64,000 nt of DNA from NCBI GenBank assembly GCA_963667415.1, contig OY763410.1, forward strand, positions 779,209 through 843,208, given 5' to 3'. How positions within the stretch are numbered: position 1 is the stretch's first letter; each line of letters starts with the position of its first letter. Source of the DNA: Dehalococcoidia bacterium (GTDB lineage Bacteria; Chloroflexota; Dehalococcoidia; Lucifugimonadales; UBA3495). The position numbers were made by a program, and so were the translations under genes. Below, piece by piece: positions 38,776-48,309 of the stretch. The notes beneath the pieces were generated by a model that had not been told where the DNA came from, did not search any database, and saw nothing but the letters and a program-made list of their open reading frames with translations.

Positions 38776-40210
38776 CGAGCCGCTGCAGTTGTCGTGATCG
38801 CACCGTCGCTCCAACCCTTTCCCCTTGAAGGGCCCCAGTGCGTAGTGTGGGTCAGCCATTTGGAGTGGTATGGATGCTCCGCCAACGGCTGGATTGTTTA
38901 GGCTTCGAGTGCTACCTCCACGTCCCTCACCTCAATTTCATTTTGGCCGGTCTTGGCGGCTGTCTACGGGCGTGGGATGTTCAGGTCAATGAGCCAGATC
39001 ACCCTGTATACCAGCGGGTTGTTTTTCGCCAAGCTCATGTATTTCTCTGATTCATGACTACTACATCCCACTGACTCGGGGCCGGAGTGTCGGCATCGAC
39101 GCGGCTGTGTCCAAGAAATTCCCGTATTACGGATACGGAAAGCCCTACAGCTTGGTCGAGTTCCTCGCCGTCATATGACCCCCAGGTCCTGAAGAAAAAA
39201 GATCAGCCCAGTTGCCATAGTTACGGCTCCCAGGATGAACAGTGCCACGGCAGCCTTGCGGCGAGTTGTCCAAAACGGCTTCATCGTCCCATCTCACTCG
39301 AGCTGTCAGGAGTTAATTCGACGTGCAGCACCGAGGCCTTGGTCTGAGTTGCCTTGCAAAAACTCAGAGGGACTGTGACTTCAGCAATTGAATTCCGGAG
39401 CACTGTTACACCGGAATCATGGCCACTCCTATAGGTTGTACCTTGTCCGCGCAGGGTACTTCAGCGAAGCATCTGCGTTCTTCTCCAGGTGAGAAAGCTG
39501 TTTTCCTGGTCCCGGAGCAGTGCCGCGGTCTCTCCTGCCTTTTTGCCGAGGATTGGGTTGCGGGACACTGCTCCCTTGCCAACAACGACCATATCGGCGT
39601 CGTGAACCGTTTCGGGAATGACCCGGTCATTCTCCGGTCCAACCGGGCTGATCCTTGGTCTTGCGCCAAATTCAGAAGTTCTTCGCTTCTGCGGAGATTG
39701 GAAGCAATTCTGGGTTTTGCGTTGTTCCGGAAGATCGCCTCCTTCACTGGGAGCGGCCTGACACCGAAGGTGTCATTGAATACAACCCAGACGAGATTGC
39801 TCATGCGTGTCCTCCACGAAAAATGCTTGAGAAACCAAGGGGACTTCGTGATGGCGTTGCGGTCTGGGCGTCCTGCTGACTCCCTGTCGTTTAGCTGAAG
39901 GCTTGCCTCGAATCTACTGGCCTGGCAAATTTGCCCAATGATAGACCGTAACAGGCTGGTGTTCTCCGTTCACCGGCATCCTTTTGGTGAATGGACATGT
40001 CCTTCCGGAGAAAAGGACATTCTGAAGGTCAAGCCGTGCACTAGAACGGTCCGGATTAGGGGATTCCGGAGGGTTCCCGGCCACTGGAGGGATGTCTCAA
40101 TTCAGTAAAGAGTGTGAGGGCCCCGGAGGCAGCCTCATGGAAGGGTGAAAGGGTAGTGTCCTGAGTAAAATGCACAGTCGGAAACACAGGCTCGCGAATT
40201 ACACCGGTAA

Positions 40211-40248
40211 GGAAACAAAGCCGGGGCCGCAAGAATGCGTGCCCCGGC
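40211..40248 (-). terminator. Rho-independent terminator downstream of the 1562-aa gene
   Basis: GC-rich stem gccggggc/gccccggc (40220-40227 and 40241-40248) with an additional inner pairing. On the minus strand it is followed by TTTGTTTCC, and it lies ~45 nt after the stop codon. Confidence 0.65.
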
Positions 40249-40291
40249 TCAGGGAACAGGCTGCCGTAGCAGTGGACGGCGTCCCTGCTAT

Positions 40292-43200
40292 CTAATCGAA
40301 GCCGTCGGCGCCGTGAACCATGATAGTCTCCCTTCCTACCTGATTATTTCCTTCATAGATGTGGATGTGGTACAAGTCCATCTCGAACTTTTGGGTCTGG
40401 AGGACGATGGCCTCTGGTTCGTTGTCTGGGTCGGTGGCGTCCCCGCTCCATTCGTAGAAGGTCCTATCGGCTGCGTGGCGGCCGGGTTCCTCCATCGCGT
40501 AGCTCCATTCGGTCAGGTACTCGTTGGTCGCGAATTCCAGGATCTCGGTGGGGTTTCCGTCCCAATCCACCCAGTCATTGATGTACGCCAACGACCCCTG
40601 GCAGTCCCACTCTCCTCCCACGAACTCACAGCTTTCGTAAATGCGAGACAGCCTGTTGTAGTCGTGAACGGAGCCGTTTTCGTCTTTGTACATCCGGTAC
40701 ATGAACTGGGCCAGGAGGACGCTGTAACCTGTGACGTCCGGGTGATCCGAATCAAACTCGCTCCAGTCGATGGCGTAACTCCCGTCGAACTCAACCCTGA
40801 CAATGGTGAAAGAGTTGATGAGGCAGTGAGCGATCAGTCCGTCCCGCGCGTCATTCCTGCAATTTTCCTTCAGGCCGGCTTCCGAGGGTGGATCCTGCTG
40901 TGGCGGGTCCTGCTGGGGTGGGGGATCCTGTTGCGGTGGGTCCTGTTGCTGTTGCGAGCCCTCGCGGGTCACCAGTGCCGTGTATGTCGTGGACCCGCTG
41001 CCGTTGTCATCGCTTACGGTGATGGTGATATGTGTTTCGTCGTCTTCCAGTTCCACCTGATGGCCATTCCTGTTGAGCCTGCTATCGGGAGGCGTGATTT
41101 CCACCGAGACCCCCGAGCTGGCCGTTGGAGTGGCAGTTATCCTGATCCGCTTCTTTCCAACCGGGGCGGTCAAGTAGTAGTCGAGGGTGCTGCTGCTGAA
41201 GGTAAACTGGAGGTTACCCAGCCTCAGGTATGACAGGCTCGTGTCGATCGGCTCAGATTCCACGGCCTCGTCGGTCATGCCGTTCGCGTTTTTTCCGGAG
41301 CCCTCCCCGTCGGTGTAGCTGGCCACGGCCCGCAGGTACATGCCGGCATCGCCGGAAACAGGGGTGTATTCATCCGTGGTCGCCCCGGCTATGGCTGTCC
41401 AATCGTTGATCCCGTCCTCAGACTTTTCCCATTCCCAGGTTGTATTGCTCACCGCTCCGTCCGGGTCGGTCAGCATGGCGGTGATGGATATGCCGACTTC
41501 TGGCTCGGCGGGCGAAAGGCTCACGGTGCCCGGTTCATCGACGTTCAGCAGGTTGATGGTGAGGGTGATGGTTGCATCGACGGAATCGTCCTGGCTATGG
41601 TCGGTGGCTTTGCCGTCGGATACCTGCAGTTCGACTTCCAGCTCGGCATCGCCCTCAAAGTCGAGGGCCGCTTCCGTGGCCACCTCCAGCCTCCCGGTGG
41701 CGCGGTCTATGGAGAACAGGCCGGAATCCGTGCCGGACGCCAGCGTGTAGGTCAGTGAGTCTCCCTCGGGATCCGTCGCGGATACGACGGCGCCGATCCT
41801 GGTTCCGGCCTCCGAGTTCTCGTTGATGGACCTAGAAGCGCTAGTGCCCTCGTCGAAATTGGGCGGCGTGTTGTCCGGTCGAACAACCGCGTCCGCCGAA
41901 ATGCCAGAGGCTTCCTTACCCGTTCCTTCGCCATCGTCGTATGAGACCTTGGCTCTCAGGTATTTGCCGATGTCGTCGGGCACCGGAGTGTAGCTGTCCG
42001 AGGTAGCGTCGATGATGTCGTCCCAGGACGTGGACTCGGCGCTGTCGGCTGTCTGCCATTGCCAAGCCAAGTTTCGCAGTATTCGATCCGGGTCCCGGAG
42101 ATGCCCGGTCACCTGAACGCCGACCTCCAGGGTTTCAGAGTACAAAGTCACCCATCCAGCTTCATCGGCATTTGTCACCAGGACCTTTACCTGGTGGGTT
42201 GCATCCCACTGCGTGTCAGCCACCCCGTAGGGGTCCTTACTGTCTCGCACCCGTATCCAGACGTAGAATTCGCGCAATCCCTCGTAATTCAAAACGGCAT
42301 CAGTCTTCAGGGAAAGCTGCCCGCCTGGGGTGATGTCAAGCAAATTTACGCTGGTGATCTGAATGTCGAAGGTGAGTGTGTCTGACTCGGGATCGGTGGC
42401 CGGTATAGGTGATCCGATGTTGGTTTCGGGGGCCGTGTCCTCGCTGATTGAAAGCGTAGCTGGAGCGTCGTCGTCGAAAGTAGGGGGCCTGTTTGTGAGG
42501 GGTTCTGACAGTACCTTGTTGGTGGTTTCAGCCTCCACGCTCTTCGCATTTACCGTGTCGTAGCCGTCCTTGTATGTGGCTGTGAATAGAAGGTACATAT
42601 CGGTATCAGCGGTCACCGGGGTGTAACCGTAGCTGGTGTTGGTGCTGTTGGTCTGTGAAACCTGGGACCAGTTGGTGGCGTCCGAGCTTCTTTCCACGAC
42701 CCAGCTGACCTGGTTTACGTTGGAAAAGTCCACGCCGTCCGGGTCCGTGAGAGTGGCGACGATCTCTGTGGTCACCTGCGGATGGGCACTGTCCAGGGTG
42801 ATTGCCCCCGCCTCGTCGACGTTGGTCACCTCGATGGTCACCGAAATCTCGTCATCCCAGCTTGAGTCGGTGTTGCCCTCCTCGTCCTTGCCGTCCCGCA
42901 CCCTCAGGATCAGCTCGTACGAGTCGTTGCCCTCGTAGTCAAGGGACATTCCAGCGGCGAGCTCGATCTGTTCTCCATTCAACTGGAACGGGTGGCCCGT
43001 TGCCGGCGCCATTTCGTAGGACGGAGTATCGTCATCCAGGTCGGTGGTTTCGAGTTGCACGATAGCGATGTCTTCCGCCACATCCTCGGCGACGGTGAAC
43101 ACGGCGCCGTCTTCAGTGGTGAACTCGGCGTCAGCATTCTGAAACACGGTAATTGTCACTTTGATGGCGTCGTCAGCGTCGGAACTGAGTCCGTCGAGCG

Positions 43201-44980
43201 GGCTCTGCCCGTCTGTTACCGCCACAGTGAGCGTGTATTCCTCGCCACCGGAGAAGCCGGTGAAATCGTCCCGAAGGAATATTTCCCCTGTCTGGGAATC
43301 GTGCTGGAACACGCCCAGTCCGCCGCTGAGTAGCATATAAATGACGGACTCTCCATCGGGATCGACCGCCTCGGGAACTGTACCGACGTAGTCGCCGGCG
43401 GAAGCGGTGCGGTGGATCTTGAAGCTCGCCGAGGTCTCAGTGAAGGTGGGCGAAGCATTGAGCCTGCCATAGGCGTACAGCATTTCATCGTCGCTGTCGG
43501 CGACCCAGAATCGCAGTTCATGGCCAGTCAACCCGCCGGTGGGGTCGTCATTGTCGGGCACAGTCTGGAAATCCTTGTGCTCAAGGCGAGTTCCCGTGGC
43601 CAGTTCGTATGCGTACGCCCCCTTGTCCTCGGCGTCCATTACCCAGACGATCTCGCCGTCCGACCAGATCTCACCCGGGTCGTCATTGTTGCTGTGAAGG
43701 TCGAGGTCCTGTCCGGATACCCGGCTCCGGTCGTCGAGGTCGTATGCGTAAAGCTTGTCATCCTCGGAGTCGGAGACCCAGATGGTGTCTCCGTCTGACC
43801 ATGTCCCAACTGGGTCCGAGTTGTCCGAATCCAGGGTTATGGACTTGTATGGTGCGAGTTGCCCGACTTGGTCTGAGTCGGGGTCCATATCGTAGGCATA
43901 CAGGAAGTCGTTGCCTGAACTGTCCTCCAGCGCCCAGACGGTCGTGCCGTCCGACCATATCGAAAGAGGTTCCAGGTTGAAATCCGCGAGCTGGACATCC
44001 TTGCCGGGTCTCCGGTTCCCGCTGCGCAGGCGGTAGGCGAGGAGCTTCCCGTAATCGGATCTTCCGGCATCGGCCACCCACATCGTCGTGCCATCGGTCC
44101 AGAGGCCGGTGGGTGTATCGACATGGTTAATGTCCAACTCATCGCTGGTGTGCCTGAAATTGCGGAAGTGCATGGCGTATATCGCGTTGTCCTGGTCGTC
44201 GGCAACCCACATAGTTTGTCCGTCAGACCAGATGCCCCGTGGATCATCGTTGCCCTGAGGCAGCCTTAATTCGAACGCAGGCTTGCGTTCTCCATGCTCT
44301 GAGGAATTGGGGCTCCTCTCATAGACGTACAGCATCTTGTCGTCGATATCACTGATCCACACCCGGTTTTCGCTGCCCCAGATACCCCACGGGTTGTCGT
44401 TGGCGGAATCCAGGTCGAAATCTTCGTCAGGTAGTCGACTCCCGTCGTCTGTGCTGTACGCGTACACCTTGGTATCGTCCTTATCCACGACGAATATCCT
44501 GCCGTGGGTCCCCCACACCCCTCTTGGGTGGTCATTCCTGCCTGCGAGCGATATGTCCTTTTCAGGAATACGTTCGGTGTTGTTGAGCTTTTTCTTGTTG
44601 AGGAGGTAGGCGTAGAGTTTCTTGTCGTCCCAGTCGGCGATCCACATTGTGGAGCCGTCTGACCAGATACCTTGCATAACAATATTGTGGTTAGTCAGGT
44701 GGAATTCCCCCGGCCCTCGCCTTGCCCCGGTATTGAGGTTGAAAGTACCAATTACCTGTTCGTAGCCTGCCCCGTCATTCTCAACAATCCACAGGGTGTT
44801 TCCGTCGCCCCACAATCCCCGGGGGTTGTTCTGGTTGCGTACGAGATCGAAGCTGAGCGAGGGCAACGGCACCGTCGCTGTTGCGGTCTCCTGGGTGGCC
44901 AGGAACACCAGGATCGCGGTTATCGCAGTGATGAAGATCAAGGTTGTTCGGAAATTCAGTAGAATATGCAGCCTTCTCAT
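40292..44980 (-). CDS. Giant secreted repeat protein: ~10 propeller-like blades + cadherin-like/auxiliary module pairs + PQ-rich linker + unknown C-terminal domain
   Basis: 1562 aa with a signal peptide. Ten units of the type P.GIWSDG.TMWV.D....KLYAY. Repeated cadherin-like modules ending ...V.V.N.DE.G, each followed by ...TDPDG......W.W..S.D...W..I.GAT...YTP...D.G.YLRA.A.Y.DG.G..K.A. Then QQQQDPPQQDPPPQQDPPQQDPP and a ~200-aa Cys-containing tail. Confidence 0.85.
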   Translation of the reverse strand: MRRLHILLNFRTTLIFITAITAILVFLATQETATATVPLPSLSFDLVRNQNNPRGLWGDGNTLWIVENDGAGYEQVIGTFNLNTGARRGPGEFHLTNHNIVMQGIWSDGSTMWIADWDDKKLYAYLLNKKKLNNTERIPEKDISLAGRNDHPRGVWGTHGRIFVVDKDDTKVYAYSTDDGSRLPDEDFDLDSANDNPWGIWGSENRVWISDIDDKMLYVYERSPNSSEHGERKPAFELRLPQGNDDPRGIWSDGQTMWVADDQDNAIYAMHFRNFRHTSDELDINHVDTPTGLWTDGTTMWVADAGRSDYGKLLAYRLRSGNRRPGKDVQLADFNLEPLSIWSDGTTVWALEDSSGNDFLYAYDMDPDSDQVGQLAPYKSITLDSDNSDPVGTWSDGDTIWVSDSEDDKLYAYDLDDRSRVSGQDLDLHSNNDDPGEIWSDGEIVWVMDAEDKGAYAYELATGTRLEHKDFQTVPDNDDPTGGLTGHELRFWVADSDDEMLYAYGRLNASPTFTETSASFKIHRTASAGDYVGTVPEAVDPDGESVIYMLLSGGLGVFQHDSQTGEIFLRDDFTGFSGGEEYTLTVAVTDGQSPLDGLSSDADDAIKVTITVFQNADAEFTTEDGAVFTVAEDVAEDIAIVQLETTDLDDDTPSYEMAPATGHPFQLNGEQIELAAGMSLDYEGNDSYELILRVRDGKDEEGNTDSSWDDEISVTIEVTNVDEAGAITLDSAHPQVTTEIVATLTDPDGVDFSNVNQVSWVVERSSDATNWSQVSQTNSTNTSYGYTPVTADTDMYLLFTATYKDGYDTVNAKSVEAETTNKVLSEPLTNRPPTFDDDAPATLSISEDTAPETNIGSPIPATDPESDTLTFDIQITSVNLLDITPGGQLSLKTDAVLNYEGLREFYVWIRVRDSKDPYGVADTQWDATHQVKVLVTNADEAGWVTLYSETLEVGVQVTGHLRDPDRILRNLAWQWQTADSAESTSWDDIIDATSDSYTPVPDDIGKYLRAKVSYDDGEGTGKEASGISADAVVRPDNTPPNFDEGTSASRSINENSEAGTRIGAVVSATDPEGDSLTYTLASGTDSGLFSIDRATGRLEVATEAALDFEGDAELEVELQVSDGKATDHSQDDSVDATITLTINLLNVDEPGTVSLSPAEPEVGISITAMLTDPDGAVSNTTWEWEKSEDGINDWTAIAGATTDEYTPVSGDAGMYLRAVASYTDGEGSGKNANGMTDEAVESEPIDTSLSYLRLGNLQFTFSSSTLDYYLTAPVGKKRIRITATPTASSGVSVEITPPDSRLNRNGHQVELEDDETHITITVSDDNGSGSTTYTALVTREGSQQQQDPPQQDPPPQQDPPQQDPPSEAGLKENCRNDARDGLIAHCLINSFTIVRVEFDGSYAIDWSEFDSDHPDVTGYSVLLAQFMYRMYKDENGSVHDYNRLSRIYESCEFVGGEWDCQGSLAYINDWVDWDGNPTEILEFATNEYLTEWSYAMEEPGRHAADRTFYEWSGDATDPDNEPEAIVLQTQKFEMDLYHIHIYEGNNQVGRETIMVHGADGFD

Positions 44981-46293
44981 TTACCTCTCCCCAAGAGATG
45001 ATTCCGATTTTGCAGATGACCGTATGAACGGACTTGCCGAATGCCCGCTCCTGAACATGGCGAGCCAAGTTGGCGGTAAATCCTGTGTGCGGCCCACTTA
45101 TTGAAGAACACGCCGTGGCCAATCTGGGAGACCAAAGTGGGTCAGAATACACAAGCTCAATTCATCAATAGATCGGGCTGAAGGGGCTAGTTGCCGTGGG
45201 GTTACCGATGTACAAGCGTCAAGTAGCTGGAGATTCGAACCATCTATTAGTGAAGGGGCCGATCCGTATTTGTTCCACTCACTGAAGTTGTTGCAGAACT
45301 TTGTGTTATATAAACATATCGGACATTCATAAAAACTTTGTTGATTACACAGGCAATACTGTGAATGTAATATGTGGAATCTATGGATGCTGCCGTATGG
45401 CTTTAATGATCATATTAGAGTTACGTGGGAATGGGATGAGCCTTACATCGTTTCAAGGAAAGTAGATGGAAATCTGAAATATTCCTGAGACTGCAAGGAA
45501 GAAACAGCAGCAGCTAGTAGGCCAGCAAAGGCAGCTCTCGCCCACAACGGCAGCGAAGATTCAGGTTGGCGACGGAGGCTTGCCAACCGACCTGCAGGTC
45601 ACATAGTCCGGTTTCGCTTCGAGCAGAAAGACTGTGGATATTCAAATATCCTCGGCCTCTTCAGCTAGTTTGTAACTTAGTCTCAGAGAAAAATAGTAAA
45701 TGCACATCAAAGTTTTTGAAATTCACATTGACAAATATATATTGGAACTGTTCATGTAGAGGAGGTTCTTATAGTGAATCGAGAGAGTAATCCGGTTTTT
45801 GTATGTAGATGATATTCTCGGCATATTCCGTGCTCTTGATCAGTGAAGAGCTGGATTAAGAGAAGCTAGATACTGGATGCACCAACCATGAGGCCACGCT
45901 GTCCCGGGCTTTGCTGGCATTGCTATAGAGGGTGACTCCCAGACATGCACCGGGAGCGTGTGCGACTGTTGCTACGGATTCTTCCCACTCTGTACGTTTC
46001 CGGGATCGTGGATGTGGTCGAGGGATGCTATCGAAGGGGTAGGGAGTCGATTTTCTTACCAGGCTGTCTGCCCTACCCACCGACGGCAACCATCCGGTTC
46101 CGGCGGGGCAGCATCGCCCTCAGTGGGCACGTCGGCTTTGAAAACTGCTGGAAAAGGGTTTTCTAGGCCAGATGGACACTGTGTTCACTATAAATGCACA
46201 GACGTACCCAGAATATGTGCATCGTATTGCATTTGATTTGCGGTGTGCATGGGTGTGAGGCTGTCCTGCCTAGGGCTGTAACACAGTGAAACG

Positions 46294-47751
46294 GTGGGCA
46301 AACTCCCGGTGACAGTTCCCCTGAAAGGTGCAACCGAAGGCGGGCTGAGTAAAATGTTTAGTCGAGAGGGCCGTCCTGCATCGCAGGGCTTTGGAACGGC
46401 CCCGCCGGGCCAGGTTGAACTTCACTTAGGTGAAATGTGCATGAGCATAGACTCCGTCACGGACGTGCAGCGGGACAGGGCGGTCCAGGTGGGTTTTGTC
46501 ATGAGGTCCTACCGGGAGAACTTCGTCCATGAGGACGGTCGCCGTGGTCTGTCCCAGGAGGAGCTCCTGCGGAAGATGGGGGGTATCGACACCGGTTACG
46601 CCCGGAGGTACAGCCACGCCACCGTTTCCCGATGGGAGTCGGGGTTCACCCGTCCCACCGTGGAGCGGCTGGTCGTGTTTTCTCGTGCCCTGGGACTCTC
46701 CCAGTTGGAAACGGAGGGACTGCTGGCGATGGCGGGGCTGGCTTCGACTCTTCCCGGCACCGTGGAACCTGCCGGTCCGGCGGACTGGGCGGAGGATGAT
46801 TCCGACCCTGACCCGTTGCCCTCTCAGGGTGGAGGCGAACAGCTTGCCAGGGAGGTGGGGTGTTTTCTTCTGTTCAGGGTCATATTGGTCGGGTTCGGCA
46901 TCGCTCTGTGCGGTTACGCCATTTCTCTGCCGGGGTGGAACGTCTTTCCGGCGACCGCCGCCTGCTTCGGGGTCGCATCGGTCCTCGTGCTAGGGCAAGG
47001 GTTCGTGTTTGCCGACAAAGAGAATCCGCTCCGGGGGTTTTTCTGGGTCTCCCTGTTCTTCGTGCTCGGCACTCCCCTGCTCCAGTTCGCCCCCCTGGGC
47101 ATGGACCATTACAACCTGCACTTTGCTCGGGACCTCTTCGCCCCGCTTATGCCCTGCGTGGTGGCTTTGCTGGTGAACCTGGTCCTTGCCTCGGGCGCTG
47201 GGCTCCTCTTCCACGTGCTGTGGCACTGGCAGTACCGGAGCGGCAGGCAATCCGGGAGTCCCGCGAAAAAGGCGATTGTGGTGGTCCTGCCTTCTGCGGG
47301 TCTGGTCTACGGGGTAGTGCTGGTCATTACCACCGTGTCGATTACTGTCCAGCTCTCGGTCATCATCCCGGTGTTTTCGGCGGTTGTGGTGGTCCTGCTG
47401 GTCCTGAACGACCCCAGGGTGGTGTTGGCCAACCGGGACCGGCGGCTGATGTACCAGGGGACGTTCGTGGTCGGCTTTCTTTCGACGCTAGTGGGTATGG
47501 GGGTCATCGTGGGGGTATTCCTCTCCCCTGACTACCCGGCGGTCTTGCCAGACCACAACCTGGTAGGGCAGTGGGAGATTGATTTCGAGGAATTGGGGCT
47601 TTCCAGGGAGGAGGCACTGGACCGGGTGAACCTGGGATACGTGCTGCACGGAGTGGTGGTGTCGATGTACATGTTCATCGCGGTTTCGGGGCGGCTGGTG
47701 GTGTCGATTCACCAGGACGGCAGGGGCGAAGTCAGGGCTCCCCCGTCGTAA
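46294..47751 (+). CDS. Membrane-anchored XRE-family HTH regulator (N-terminal HTH, ~8 TM helices)
   Basis: HTH_XRE-like LSQEELLRKMGGIDTGYARRYSHATVSRWESGFTRPTVERLVVFSRALGL followed by a long polytopic region. The real start may be the ATG at 46441 (MSIDSV...). Confidence 0.65.
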   Translation: MGKLPVTVPLKGATEGGLSKMFSREGRPASQGFGTAPPGQVELHLGEMCMSIDSVTDVQRDRAVQVGFVMRSYRENFVHEDGRRGLSQEELLRKMGGIDTGYARRYSHATVSRWESGFTRPTVERLVVFSRALGLSQLETEGLLAMAGLASTLPGTVEPAGPADWAEDDSDPDPLPSQGGGEQLAREVGCFLLFRVILVGFGIALCGYAISLPGWNVFPATAACFGVASVLVLGQGFVFADKENPLRGFFWVSLFFVLGTPLLQFAPLGMDHYNLHFARDLFAPLMPCVVALLVNLVLASGAGLLFHVLWHWQYRSGRQSGSPAKKAIVVVLPSAGLVYGVVLVITTVSITVQLSVIIPVFSAVVVVLLVLNDPRVVLANRDRRLMYQGTFVVGFLSTLVGMGVIVGVFLSPDYPAVLPDHNLVGQWEIDFEELGLSREEALDRVNLGYVLHGVVVSMYMFIAVSGRLVVSIHQDGRGEVRAPPS

Positions 47752-48261
47752 AGTTGTTCTCTCAGGCTGTGAGGATCATTCACCCGGAGGCCAGGCCACG
47801 AGCAGGCTCACCACCAATGCCGTCGCCATCAGGACGAACGCCACCGCCAGGGCGAGGAACCCTGAGCGCGAAGGCAGCGTTCTTCCTCCGCATGGCGCCT
47901 CTCAGCACGAAGTCCCGCTCTTTGGACTCACCTGAGATGCCCCCCCGTTAGTTTCCGGTTGCGCGCAACTGCGGTGGTCCCCTACGTCCGTACTCCGAGT
48001 GAAGACAGTAGAGATGATAAAAGAGATGACGACCAGCGGCCTGGGAATTGAATGCCCGGCTGTTGACGGTCTGTGTATTCTCCGTCTTCGTGGCCTTGGC
48101 CCTGCGTCTGGGTGTTGACCCTAAGGCGGACGTTTTCTTGGCGTTGGCATCCGCGTCCTCTACGAAGTAGCTATTCCGGCACTGGAGCCCATAATGCCGG
48201 GAGTCTCAACTCAGCCCGGCTGTGCACGCGGTCTGACCTGAACCGGGGTGTCCAAAGTTTA

Positions 48262-48281
48262 GGCACCCCGTGCGGGGTGCC
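48262..48281 (-). terminator. GC-rich hairpin downstream of the Cache lipoprotein gene
   Basis: ggcacccc-gtgc-ggggtgcc, a perfect 8-bp stem, ~30 nt after the minus-strand stop. Only a weak U-tract (TAAACTTTGG). Confidence 0.45.
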
Positions 48282-48309
48282 GATCGTGTAGGAAAAAGGG
48301 CCAGCTGGT

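Noticed and set aside
39406-39804. 132-aa minus-strand ORF, with an alternative frame reading ...VIPETVHDADMVVVGKGAVSRNPILGKK.... Possibly a frameshifted small enzyme gene. A 37-aa TM mini-ORF lies at 39171-39284.
   Set aside because: No family could be assigned to either frame, and the mini-ORF has no supporting features. Left unannotated.
46255-46440. Leader of the XRE-membrane regulator contains GGTGGGCAAACTCCCGGTGACAG, vaguely like the core of a cobalamin riboswitch.
   Set aside because: No recognisable B12 box or the conserved surrounding helices. It cannot be supported without a covariance-model search.
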